64,000 nucleotides of DNA, from contig JAGGYH010000090.1 in NCBI GenBank assembly GCA_021162615.1, forward strand, positions 22,800 through 86,799. Direction: 5' to 3'. Positions 10,842-19,885 of the stretch are shown here, one piece after another. Position 1 is the first letter of the stretch; each line of letters starts with the position of its first letter. This DNA is from Candidatus Aminicenantes bacterium. Lineage in GTDB: Bacteria; Acidobacteriota; Aminicenantia; Aminicenantales; Aminicenantaceae. The notes beneath the pieces were generated by a model. That model was given only the letters and a program-made list of their open reading frames with translations, was not told where the DNA came from and did not search any database. The translations under genes were made by a program, and so were the position numbers.

Positions 10842-11534
10842 ATGAGCAAAAAAAGAAAGAAACCAGTTTGCCCAGCGCTGTTTGTGTTGCTTGCGGCAGT
10901 GTCTCTGCTCTGTTTTTCTGCATGGGGCTTTTATGAAAAGGTGGAAGGTGTTGTGGCAGTTGTGAATGATGAAGTCATAACTCTTACGGACCTGAGAATA
11001 GCAAAAGCTTTTGGATTATGGGATTCAGATGAGAAACGAGGAGAAGGATCTTTGTTTCCTCTTGTGCTTGAGAATATTATCAATCAAAAGCTCGTTAACC
11101 AATTTACCGGAGGAGATGTAAATATCGATGACATAGAAATCGACGGTTTTATGGCGGAGGTGAAAGAGAGATGGCAGGACCATGGATTTGAGGAAAGATT
11201 GAATGATTTTGGAATAGGGCTGACAGATTTGAGGAATTACTGTGCCGAGTATCTTTCATACAAAAAAATTGTATCGGATAGATTCAGCCGTTCAGTAGTG
11301 GTCAGCCTTAGAGAGATCGAGGAGTATTATAACCAGGTGTATGTTCCAGAACAAAAAGCCAACCAGGAACCTGTGAAGCAGATGGTCGATATGCTGCCTG
11401 AAATTGAATCAGCTGTCAAGGAAAAGGCCACAAGCATTCAGGTTGAAGAATGGATAAGCAGTCTAAGGAATAAAGCAGAAATCCAGAACCGAATCGATAA
11501 GTACTTGGATTTCCTCAATGGGAGAGGGAAATAA
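10842..11534 (+). CDS. Periplasmic chaperone-like protein, SurA N-terminal-domain type with no parvulin domain evident
   Basis: Signal peptide (PALFVLLAAVSLLCFSAWG), then VAVVNDEVITLTDLRIAKAF... and a helical body resembling the SurA_N/PpiD chaperone module. It lies immediately downstream of bamA. Confidence 0.5.
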   Translation: MSKKRKKPVCPALFVLLAAVSLLCFSAWGFYEKVEGVVAVVNDEVITLTDLRIAKAFGLWDSDEKRGEGSLFPLVLENIINQKLVNQFTGGDVNIDDIEIDGFMAEVKERWQDHGFEERLNDFGIGLTDLRNYCAEYLSYKKIVSDRFSRSVVVSLREIEEYYNQVYVPEQKANQEPVKQMVDMLPEIESAVKEKATSIQVEEWISSLRNKAEIQNRIDKYLDFLNGRGK

Positions 11535-11600
11535 AGGCGAGGAATTTGTTTTTTTGAGGATGGGAAAGATGGGGAAAAAAAGAGAATGACGGGAGGAGAG

Positions 11601-12533
11601 ATGAAAAAGCTGGCTTTTCTGTTTCCCGGCCAGGCTTCTCAAAAAGTCGGAATGGGAAAGGAATTTTATGAGACATCCCCTTTGGCAAAGGAACTTTTTT
11701 TAAAAGCAGATGAGATTCTCGGATATAAGATCTCGGATCTGTGTTTTGAGGGGCCTGAGACAAAATTGACTCTCACTGAGAACGCACAGCCGGCCCTTCT
11801 GGTGGTGAGTTGTATTGCCTTCAGAATGATTGGGATAGAGCCTCTTATTGCCGCCGGCCATAGTCTGGGAGAGTATTCAGCTCTTGTCGCGGCCGAATCA
11901 CTGAAATTTGAAGATGCTGTGATGCTGGTTCATAAAAGAGGGAAGTATATGCAGGAAGCTGTGCCTGTGGGTACAGGAGCCATGGCTGCTGTACTCGGGG
12001 CTTCTTATGAGGACGTTGAGAACGCTGTCAAGAGAATAGATACCGGAGTTGTTGAGATCGCTAATTGGAACAGTCAAAGCCAGATCGTTATTTCAGGTGA
12101 AAAGGAGGCTGTCGAAAAAGCAGTGGAGTCTGTGAAAGCGCCCAAGGCGGTCATGCTTCCTGTCAGCGCACCCTTTCACTGTTCGCTCATGATGAATGCG
12201 CGAAAAAAGCTGTCCTATGACCTTGACCAGGTCGAATTCAGAAACCCCAAATTTCCGATCATATCGAATGTCAGAGCTGAGGTCATAAATGATGGAGACG
12301 CGGCAAGAGATGCCCTAAAGAAGCAGGTGACTCATTCTGTTCAGTGGTACCGTTCCATGGGGGTTCTGGAACGAATGAAGATTGAGGTCACAGCTGAACT
12401 GGGATCGGGAAATGTGTTAAGCGGGCTCATGAAAAGGATATCCCGGCAGTGGAAGCAGCGTCCCTCCATCATAAATATTGAGGACAACCAGTCTCTGGAG
12501 AAAGCCAAGCAAATTATTGGGGACGCTCCATAA
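11601..12533 (+). CDS. fabD: Malonyl CoA-acyl carrier protein transacylase
   Basis: LAFLFPGQASQKVGMG and the active-site GHSLGEYSALVAA are present. The RBS GGGAGGAG precedes the ATG at 11601. The last 4 codons and the stop lie inside the MITE terminal repeat. Confidence 0.9.
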   Translation: MKKLAFLFPGQASQKVGMGKEFYETSPLAKELFLKADEILGYKISDLCFEGPETKLTLTENAQPALLVVSCIAFRMIGIEPLIAAGHSLGEYSALVAAESLKFEDAVMLVHKRGKYMQEAVPVGTGAMAAVLGASYEDVENAVKRIDTGVVEIANWNSQSQIVISGEKEAVEKAVESVKAPKAVMLPVSAPFHCSLMMNARKKLSYDLDQVEFRNPKFPIISNVRAEVINDGDAARDALKKQVTHSVQWYRSMGVLERMKIEVTAELGSGNVLSGLMKRISRQWKQRPSIINIEDNQSLEKAKQIIGDAP

Positions 12534-12749
12534 GGTACCACCCTATATTACTGAATCCGTTGGATATTAAAGAATATTCCAGATTGTCTCCCTCTGAAAT
12601 ATTTTCCTTTAATACACCATTGCATTCCTGCAGACGCAAGTCCCTATATGAGTGGATTCCAATGAGGCAGGACAAGAGATGATCGCTTTCTGGTAGTAAG
12701 CTGTGTACATAAACAGGATTCTATAGGGTGGTACCTAATGGGATGTCCC
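12520..12749. mobile_element. MITE-like element, family 1, copy A (230 bp, about 28-bp imperfect terminal inverted repeats)
   Basis: The left end GGGACGCTCCATAAGGTACCACCCTATA (12520-12547) is an imperfect reverse complement of the right end TATAGGGTGGTACCTAATGGGATGTCCC (12722-12749). The first ~130 nt are near-identical to the copy at 43977-44204. No ORF. Confidence 0.7.
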
Positions 12750-12751
12750 CG

Positions 12752-13528
12752 TTAAGGCAGGATCTTTCCGATATTTTCTGCCACTACAGCGGGTTTTTTC
12801 TTTAAGCGGGCCGCTTCTTCAGCCGAAGTTTCTCCACTCAGAACAAGAAAAAAATCACACTTTAATCTGTTTGCCAGTTCCATGTCCGTGTATATTCTGT
12901 CTCCGACCATAACCACTTCACGATTAGTGGCCTGGTGTTTTTTCATTATGTGCCGTACCATCTCAACATTGGGTTTCCCGAATACCTTCCTTGCTTTTTT
13001 CCCGGTCGCTTTTTCGAAAAGCGACAGCATGGCCCCTATATCCGGAATAGGCCCTTCAGGTGTAGGGCAGACCAGGTCGGGATGGGTTGCCAGAAGAGGG
13101 ATGTCTTTTAAAAGAAAAAACGCTGCTTTTCTTAATTTTTCGTAAACCAGTTCCGTATCGAATCCGAGCACCACATATTCAGGAGAATCCGAGCAGGGAT
13201 TGATCCCGGCCTCTTCAAACATATCCATCATGGAGCGGGTACCCACAATATAGGTGTCTTTGACCTTATTTCTGATAAGAAAGTCTATGACGCCGTCAGT
13301 GGAAAGAATGATTCTTTCTTTTGTGGTGTTGATCCCTAAGCGGGAGAGTTTTTTTACATAATCCAGTTTTGAACGGGAGGAATTATTGGAGAGAAAATAA
13401 AAGTGAATTCCTTTGGAAGCCAGGTTTTTCAAAAAGTTTTTTGCGCCCGGAATCAGATTGTCTCCGAGGTAGACAGTCCCGTCCAGATCCAGAAAAACGA
13501 TTTTTTTATCTTTTAGGGGATTTTTCAT
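12752..13528 (-). CDS. HAD-superfamily hydrolase, subfamily IIA (NagD-like sugar phosphatase)
   Basis: The FLDLDGTVY nucleophile motif, LSNNSS and a C-terminal GDRIYTDM motif are present. 258 aa. Confidence 0.8.
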   Translation of the reverse strand: MKNPLKDKKIVFLDLDGTVYLGDNLIPGAKNFLKNLASKGIHFYFLSNNSSRSKLDYVKKLSRLGINTTKERIILSTDGVIDFLIRNKVKDTYIVGTRSMMDMFEEAGINPCSDSPEYVVLGFDTELVYEKLRKAAFFLLKDIPLLATHPDLVCPTPEGPIPDIGAMLSLFEKATGKKARKVFGKPNVEMVRHIMKKHQATNREVVMVGDRIYTDMELANRLKCDFFLVLSGETSAEEAARLKKKPAVVAENIGKILP

Positions 13529-14147
13529 TTTTCTTAAATGTTTTTAAAGCCGCGGATACATACTCTACGGATGACATCAGAGTCACGATAATCAGAGTCC
13601 ATGATAAAAAATAAAAACTCCATTTTCCGACAAGGTTCCAGTAATAGGGCCCCAGAAGCGCAGCGATGCCGCCTATGGCCTGAAAAGCCGCTTTTATTTT
13701 CCCGCTTTTTTTAGCAGATACGGAAAAGCCTTTTTTGGCAAGGAGGATGCGGGAATAAGCAACGGTTATATCCCTTAATGCCATGCAGAGAGGCAAAAGC
13801 AGCAGTACAAGCCCTGACAGCGCCATGGCAAAATAGACGATTAATCTTGATATGCTGTCAGCATAAGGGTCAAGAGTGGCTCCGTATTCTGAACTGAGAT
13901 TGAAATGCCTGGCAATAGGGCCGTCAAATAAATCCGTAGCTTCGATGAGAAGCAGGATCGACAGGGAGATGTAAAAGCGCATTCCCTGACTGCTTAATGA
14001 CAGCAGAACAGCAGCAAATGTTATCGCAAGGGGGATTCTGAGTAATGTGATGGATTGGACTATAATAAAACCGGTCTTGTTTTTTTTAATATCCTCTTCA
14101 GTCATCATTTTGTTTTGATGGCTCATCCGACGGTTTTGCCTTTCCAT
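13506..14147 (-). CDS. CDP-alcohol phosphatidyltransferase family protein
   Basis: Signature D-x2-DG-x2-AR-x8-G-x3-D-x3-D is seen as DLFDGPIARHFNLSSEYGATLDPYAD. Multi-pass membrane protein. It overlaps the HAD gene by 23 nt. Confidence 0.8.
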   Translation of the reverse strand: MERQNRRMSHQNKMMTEEDIKKNKTGFIIVQSITLLRIPLAITFAAVLLSLSSQGMRFYISLSILLLIEATDLFDGPIARHFNLSSEYGATLDPYADSISRLIVYFAMALSGLVLLLLPLCMALRDITVAYSRILLAKKGFSVSAKKSGKIKAAFQAIGGIAALLGPYYWNLVGKWSFYFLSWTLIIVTLMSSVEYVSAALKTFKKNEKSPKR

Positions 14148-14202
14148 TTATTCATTCAGGTTAACATTCTATATCCCTGTTTATTTTTTTTCAATCCAAT
14201 AT

Positions 14203-14494
14203 CCTGACCCATTCATAAAAAAATGGCGGTGAGCATTTTTTTACCTTAGAGGCAAGCCGAATTCCCTCGAAAAGCCTCATCCGAAGGCTAAATCTTCAAT
14301 GTCACCGCGTCCACACCTGAATTTCGCAAGGTAAAAAGGTGGTATGCCTGCCTGAAAGTCTGGATGAGGCATGATAGTACTCATCTAACAGGAATAGCTT
14401 AATTCTTAACCTCGGCTTGTTCATCATCCAGGCTAATTAAAACCATAGTCCGGATTGTCTGCGAATCGAGCTGTTTTTTTATGAATAATCCGGG
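14203..14494. repeat. Composite intergenic repeat element, family 2 (inverted R1 ends, internal R2 box)
   Basis: Bounded by CCTGACCCATTCATAAAAAAA (14203-14223) and TTTTTTTATGAATAATCCGGG (14474-14494). Contains an R2 box at 14409-14432 and a 15-mer GCCTGCCTGAAAGTC (14346-14360) that recurs at 22316-22330. Confidence 0.5.
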
Positions 14495-14545
14495 CTTAAG
14501 TCTTGCCAACAAACTCAATTTTAAATACTATAGTTAAAAGCAGCC

Positions 14546-17173
14546 ATGTCAAGAAATAAATCCGTGACTCCTATGATGGAGCAGTACCTGAGGCTGAAGA
14601 AAAAGTATCAGGATGCTTTTCTTTTTTTCAGACTGGGCGATTTTTATGAACTCTTTTATGAGGATGCCAAGAAAGCCTCCTCCATTCTTGAGATCGCCCT
14701 GACCTCAAGGCAAAAAATTCCTATGTGCGGCGTACCCCATCATTCGGCTGATTCATATCTTTCAAAGCTTCTCAAGCACGGCTATAAAGTAGCCATTTGT
14801 GAGCAGGTTGAAGACCCCAAAGAGTCAAAAGGAGTAGTCAAAAGAGATGTGGTCAAGGTTTTGACTCCCGGAACAGCTGTTGAGATCGAATCCGGAGACA
14901 TAAAAGAGAACACCTATGTGATGAGTCTTGTTTTTCAGGGGGACGATTGGGGGCTGGCTCTTATTGATCTGTCTTCAGGCAGAATGGACACGACTCAAAG
15001 CACCGGAGAGAACAGGAAAAATCTCAAAGACGAAATGTACAAGTTTTCACCAAAAGAAATCATATTTCCGCAGAGCTGTGAGCGGAAAATAGAGCAGCTT
15101 CTCTCTAAAAATGGAATCAAGGGAATTTTAAAAAGTTCCCAAGAGGATTGGATATTTGATATAGCCCAGGCCTCTGATTATATCAAAGAACATTTCAAAG
15201 TCAGTTCTCTGCAGGGTTTTGGCATCGCCGATAAAGAGCTTGCTGTTTCCGCAGCCGGAGCGCTCCTTTATTACCTGAAGAAATTAAGAAAAGACTCACT
15301 GGCGCTTATTCAAAACATATCTTACATGCATCGCAGCCAGTATATGATACTGGATGCGTCTGCGGTAAAGAACCTGGAACTTGTAAAGAATTTAAGGGAC
15401 AACCGGCGTTCAGACTCCCTTCTTGATGTCATTGATTACACGGTAAATTCAATGGGCAGCCGATTGATACGCTCCTGGCTTCTTTATCCTTCTCTATCTC
15501 TGGAGACGATTAAGAAAAGGCAGGATGGCATTCAAGATTTTTTGTCCCATACCATTGAACGGCATGAAATAAGAGAGAAGCTTAAGCAGATATCTGACCT
15601 GGAAAGGGTGAGCAGCCGGATTTCGCTTTCAGCGGCCACAGCCAAAGACTTTGTGTCATTAAAAATATCACTTCAGGCTCTCCCTGATATCTATGCCCTG
15701 CTTAAACCTTTTCATTCAACGGTCATAGAGACTATGAAAAAGGAATGGGATGATGCGGATGATGTCGAGGCTCTCATTAACAGGGCTATAAAAGATGAGC
15801 CCTCTTTTTTATTGACTGAAGGAGGAATCATAAAAAAAGGATTCAGCCGGGAACTTGATGAACTGAGAGAGGTCAGTAAATCCGGCAAGACCTTTGTCGC
15901 CGGTATTGAAAAGAAAGAAAGGGAAAGAACTAAAATACCCAATCTGAAAGTCAGCTACAACAGGGTTTTCGGCTATTACATCCAGGTGACCAGGTCAAAT
16001 CTTTTCCGCGTCCCGGAAAACTATATCCGGAAGCAGACTCTTGTTAACTCCGAGAGATACATAACTCCGGAACTCAAAGAGCATGAGGAAAAAATTCTTC
16101 ATGCTGAGGAAAAGGCGAATGAACTGGAGTATCAATTGTTTCAAGAGATAAGAAAAAAAGTAGCGGCTGAAACATCCAGGATTCAAAAGATCGCTTCAAG
16201 GATCGCTCTCCTGGATGCTTTAACCTCTTTGAGCGAACTGGCTTCTCAGCGTTCCTACAACAGGCCTTCAGTTAATTCAACAGACGTTATCAGCATCAAA
16301 GGCGGGAGGCATCCGGTTATTGAAGCCACAGATGAAGAGCCGTTTGTCCCTAATGATACATATCTGGACAGGGATAAAGACCAGATACTGATCATAACAG
16401 GTCCCAATATGGGAGGAAAGTCAACATATTTAAGGCAGACAGCTCTCATCTGCATCCTTGCCCAGATGGGGTCCTATGTTCCTGCCGAAGAAGCGGAAAT
16501 CGGGCTTGTGGACAGGGTGTTCACGCGAATAGGGGCGATGGATTTCTTGAGCCTGGGGCAGTCCACTTTTATGGTTGAGATGTTGGAAACAGCAGGGATA
16601 TTGAACAGCGCTACTGAGAAAAGCCTTATACTGCTGGACGAAGTAGGGAGAGGCACGTCGACTTTTGACGGTTTGAGCCTGGCATGGGCCGTTGTCGAAT
16701 ACCTTCATGGGAACAACCATATAAAAGCAAAGACCCTGTTTGCCACGCATTATCATGAGCTGACAGAGCTGGCCATGACTATGGACAGGATAAAAAATTA
16801 TCATGTTTCCGTTAAAGAATGGAAAGATGATATCATTTTTTTAAGAAAAATCGTTCAGGGCCCTTCGGATCAGAGCTATGGGATACATGTGGCAAAGCTG
16901 GCAGGGATTCCCCGGACAGTCCTCGAAAGAGCCAGAGAGATACTTTTTAATCTCGAGAAAAAGGAACTGGACAGTGAGGGGATTCCAAAAATATCCTACC
17001 GCCAGAATGATGATACGGATGATTCTCAATTGTTTCTCTTCGGAGGAGATGAGAAATACAGGCTGCTCAAAAAATTAAAAGATGAAATCGACAGGTGTGA
17101 TGTATCTGCCATGACCCCTGTTGAGGCGCTGAATATGATTGACAGGCTTAAGAAAGAGATTAAGGAAGGTTGA
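14546..17173 (+). CDS. mutS: DNA mismatch repair protein MutS
   Basis: TPMMEQYLRLKKKYQDAFLFFRLGDFYELFYEDA, Walker A GPNMGGKST, and DEVGRGTSTFDG. 875 aa. Confidence 0.95.
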   Translation: MSRNKSVTPMMEQYLRLKKKYQDAFLFFRLGDFYELFYEDAKKASSILEIALTSRQKIPMCGVPHHSADSYLSKLLKHGYKVAICEQVEDPKESKGVVKRDVVKVLTPGTAVEIESGDIKENTYVMSLVFQGDDWGLALIDLSSGRMDTTQSTGENRKNLKDEMYKFSPKEIIFPQSCERKIEQLLSKNGIKGILKSSQEDWIFDIAQASDYIKEHFKVSSLQGFGIADKELAVSAAGALLYYLKKLRKDSLALIQNISYMHRSQYMILDASAVKNLELVKNLRDNRRSDSLLDVIDYTVNSMGSRLIRSWLLYPSLSLETIKKRQDGIQDFLSHTIERHEIREKLKQISDLERVSSRISLSAATAKDFVSLKISLQALPDIYALLKPFHSTVIETMKKEWDDADDVEALINRAIKDEPSFLLTEGGIIKKGFSRELDELREVSKSGKTFVAGIEKKERERTKIPNLKVSYNRVFGYYIQVTRSNLFRVPENYIRKQTLVNSERYITPELKEHEEKILHAEEKANELEYQLFQEIRKKVAAETSRIQKIASRIALLDALTSLSELASQRSYNRPSVNSTDVISIKGGRHPVIEATDEEPFVPNDTYLDRDKDQILIITGPNMGGKSTYLRQTALICILAQMGSYVPAEEAEIGLVDRVFTRIGAMDFLSLGQSTFMVEMLETAGILNSATEKSLILLDEVGRGTSTFDGLSLAWAVVEYLHGNNHIKAKTLFATHYHELTELAMTMDRIKNYHVSVKEWKDDIIFLRKIVQGPSDQSYGIHVAKLAGIPRTVLERAREILFNLEKKELDSEGIPKISYRQNDDTDDSQLFLFGGDEKYRLLKKLKDEIDRCDVSAMTPVEALNMIDRLKKEIKEG

Positions 17174-17233
17174 TTCTTTGATAGCGCTTAAAACTTATGT
17201 GAATTTTATTGGCATATTATGTGAGGTGCGGAT

Positions 17234-19828
17234 ATGGATATAAATAAATTTACAGTCATGTCTCAGGAGGCATTACAGGGAGCTCATTCCAAAGCGGAAC
17301 AGCTTGAGCATCAGGAAGTTCTTCCGGAGCATCTGTTATGGGTTTTCCTTGAGCAGAAAGACAATATTGTTAATGCTGTCATAGGCAAAATAGGCGTGGA
17401 TGCCGGTCCCATAAAGAAGGAGCTGGAAGATGTGTTCCGAAAAGCCCCCAAAGTATCCGGAGCTGCGGAAGTCTATCTTTCCTCCAGGTTGAGAGGCATC
17501 ATGAAGGAGGCAAAAAAACAGGCATCAGCTCTAAAGGATGAATATATTTCAACAGAACATTTGTTTTTGGGAATGACCAAAGAAGGGTCCGGGGATGCAT
17601 ACAGGATTTTGAAGGAAAACGGAATCACTGAAGATTCTGTGCTGAAAGCGTTAAGGTCTATCAGGGGTTCCCAGAGAGTCACAGACCCCCAGCCTGAGGG
17701 GAAATATCAGGCCCTTCAGCACTATACCAGGGATATCACGGAACTCGCCGGAGAAGGGAAAATAGATCCTGTTATTGGCCGTGAGGACGAGATAAGGAGG
17801 GTCATCCAGATTTTATCCCGGAGAACAAAGAACAATCCCGTATTGATCGGAGAGGCCGGTGTAGGAAAAACAGCCATCGTCGAAGGCCTGGCTCAAAGAA
17901 TCGCCAATGGAGATGTTCCGCAGTCGCTCAAAAACAAGAGACTGATCGCTCTTGATATGGGCGCTCTTATAGCAGGCGCCAAATACCGGGGGGAATTTGA
18001 GGACAGATTGAAAGCTGTGTTGAAAGAAATCAAGGAATCAGAAGGAAACGTTATCCTCTTTATTGATGAGCTTCACACCATAGTGGGAGCGGGAGCGGCG
18101 GAAGGAGCTGTTGATGCGTCAAATATGTTAAAGCCTTCCCTGGCAAGGGGAGAACTCCGGTGCATAGGAGCCACTACCCTGAATGAGTACAAGAAGTATA
18201 TTGAAAAGGATGCGGCTCTGGAGAGGAGATTTCAGCAAACCTATGTGAAAGAACCTTCGGTCGGCGAGACCGTATCCATATTGAGGGGATTGAAGGAAAA
18301 ATATGAAGTCCACCACGGTGTGGAAATAAAGGACTCAGCGCTGGTTGCGGCGGCGACTCTGTCAGAGCGTTATATCACGGATCGTTTCCTTCCGGACAAA
18401 GCCATAGATCTTATAGATGAGGCGGCTTCCCGGATAAGGATTGAGATAGACAGCAAACCGGAAGAGATCGATGAGCTGGACAGGAGAATCATGCAGCTTG
18501 AAATCGAGAAGGAAGCCTTGAAAAAGGAAAAAGATAAAAGCGCTAAGGAAAAGCGGGAGAAACTGGAAAAAGAGCTTTCTGAGACCCGGGAACAAGCCGG
18601 GGCCATAAAATTGAGGTGGCAGAAAGAAAAAGAATTGATAGAGTCTGTGAACAGGCTTAAGGAGCAGATGGATTCACTGAAAGTCGAAGAGCAGAATGCA
18701 GAAAGGAGAGGCGACCTTGAGAAGGTGGCTGAGATAAGATACGGAAGTCTGAATGAAATCCAAAAGGAGATAGAGGAAAAGACACGAAAACTGGCGGAAA
18801 TACAGAAAAAGGAGAAAATGCTCAAAGAAGAAGTGGATGAAGAAGATGTCGCTCAGATCGTATCGAAGTGGACGGGCATACCTGTATCGAAAATGCTGCA
18901 GGGTGAGGTAGAAAAATTGATAAAAATGGAAGAGGAGCTGAGAAAGAGGGTGGTCGGACAGGATCAGGCTTTGAGCATTGTTTCAAACACGATAAGGAGG
19001 GCGAGGGCTGGAATTCAGGATGAAACACGTCCCCTGGGTTCTTTTATTTTTCTTGGGCCCACGGGAGTCGGAAAGACAGAACTGGCGCGAGCCCTTGCGG
19101 AATTTCTTTTTGATGATGAAAAATCAATGGTGCGGCTGGATATGTCCGAGTATATGGAAAGGCATACTGTTTCACGACTTGTCGGGGCGCCTCCCGGATA
19201 TGTGGGGTATGAAGAAGGAGGGCAGCTCACCGAGGCTGTTAAAAGAAGGCCTTATTCCATCATTCTTCTTGATGAGATAGAAAAGGCGCACAATGATGTT
19301 TTTAATATTTTACTCCAAATCCTTGATGACGGAAGGTTGACGGACGGAAAGGGCCGGACCATTGATTTCAGAAACACCATCATTATTATGACATCAAATC
19401 TCGGAAGCCAGGTAATCAAGGAAATGAGCCAGGATTTTGAGAAGATGGAACACAAGGTGAGAGAGATCCTTGATCACCATTTTAGGCCTGAATTTTTAAA
19501 TAGAGTGGACGAAGTGATCATTTTCAAAGCTTTGTCACAGGATGTGATACTGAAGATCCTGGATATCCAGATAGAAGAACTAAGGAAAAGGCTGAAACAA
19601 AAAAAGATCGATATAGACCTAAGCAAAGCCGCAAAACAGCTTTTAGCGGAAAGGGGATTTGATCCTGTTTACGGAGCCCGGCCTTTAAAAAGGACTCTTC
19701 AAAAAGATATTCAAAATCCGCTTGCCTTGAAAATACTGGAGGGGAGCTATAAAAGCGGGGATAAGGTCCTCATTGACGTTGACAGTAAGGGGGACTTGAA
19801 ATTTGAAAAAAGGGTTGTATTTAAATGA
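17234..19828 (+). CDS. clpB: ATP-dependent chaperone ClpB
   Basis: Two AAA+ modules (GEAGVGKT and GPTGVGKT) with a long coiled-coil middle domain. 864 aa. Confidence 0.95.
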   Translation: MDINKFTVMSQEALQGAHSKAEQLEHQEVLPEHLLWVFLEQKDNIVNAVIGKIGVDAGPIKKELEDVFRKAPKVSGAAEVYLSSRLRGIMKEAKKQASALKDEYISTEHLFLGMTKEGSGDAYRILKENGITEDSVLKALRSIRGSQRVTDPQPEGKYQALQHYTRDITELAGEGKIDPVIGREDEIRRVIQILSRRTKNNPVLIGEAGVGKTAIVEGLAQRIANGDVPQSLKNKRLIALDMGALIAGAKYRGEFEDRLKAVLKEIKESEGNVILFIDELHTIVGAGAAEGAVDASNMLKPSLARGELRCIGATTLNEYKKYIEKDAALERRFQQTYVKEPSVGETVSILRGLKEKYEVHHGVEIKDSALVAAATLSERYITDRFLPDKAIDLIDEAASRIRIEIDSKPEEIDELDRRIMQLEIEKEALKKEKDKSAKEKREKLEKELSETREQAGAIKLRWQKEKELIESVNRLKEQMDSLKVEEQNAERRGDLEKVAEIRYGSLNEIQKEIEEKTRKLAEIQKKEKMLKEEVDEEDVAQIVSKWTGIPVSKMLQGEVEKLIKMEEELRKRVVGQDQALSIVSNTIRRARAGIQDETRPLGSFIFLGPTGVGKTELARALAEFLFDDEKSMVRLDMSEYMERHTVSRLVGAPPGYVGYEEGGQLTEAVKRRPYSIILLDEIEKAHNDVFNILLQILDDGRLTDGKGRTIDFRNTIIIMTSNLGSQVIKEMSQDFEKMEHKVREILDHHFRPEFLNRVDEVIIFKALSQDVILKILDIQIEELRKRLKQKKIDIDLSKAAKQLLAERGFDPVYGARPLKRTLQKDIQNPLALKILEGSYKSGDKVLIDVDSKGDLKFEKRVVFK

Positions 19829-19885
19829 ATTGACAAAAAGGAATGAAAAGAGTAAACAGATTAGTAATTGTTGAAGGAGGATAAA

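Noticed and set aside
14503-14531. Possible mutS promoter TTGCCA-N17-TACTAT
   Set aside because: The hexamers are only moderate matches, and the -10 would leave a leader of just a few nucleotides with no RBS before ATG 14546. The support is too weak to list as a feature.
18370-18825. 151-aa minus-strand ORF in clpB
   Set aside because: It is antisense to the Lys/Glu-rich coiled-coil middle domain, which yields a Ser/Phe-rich open frame by composition alone.
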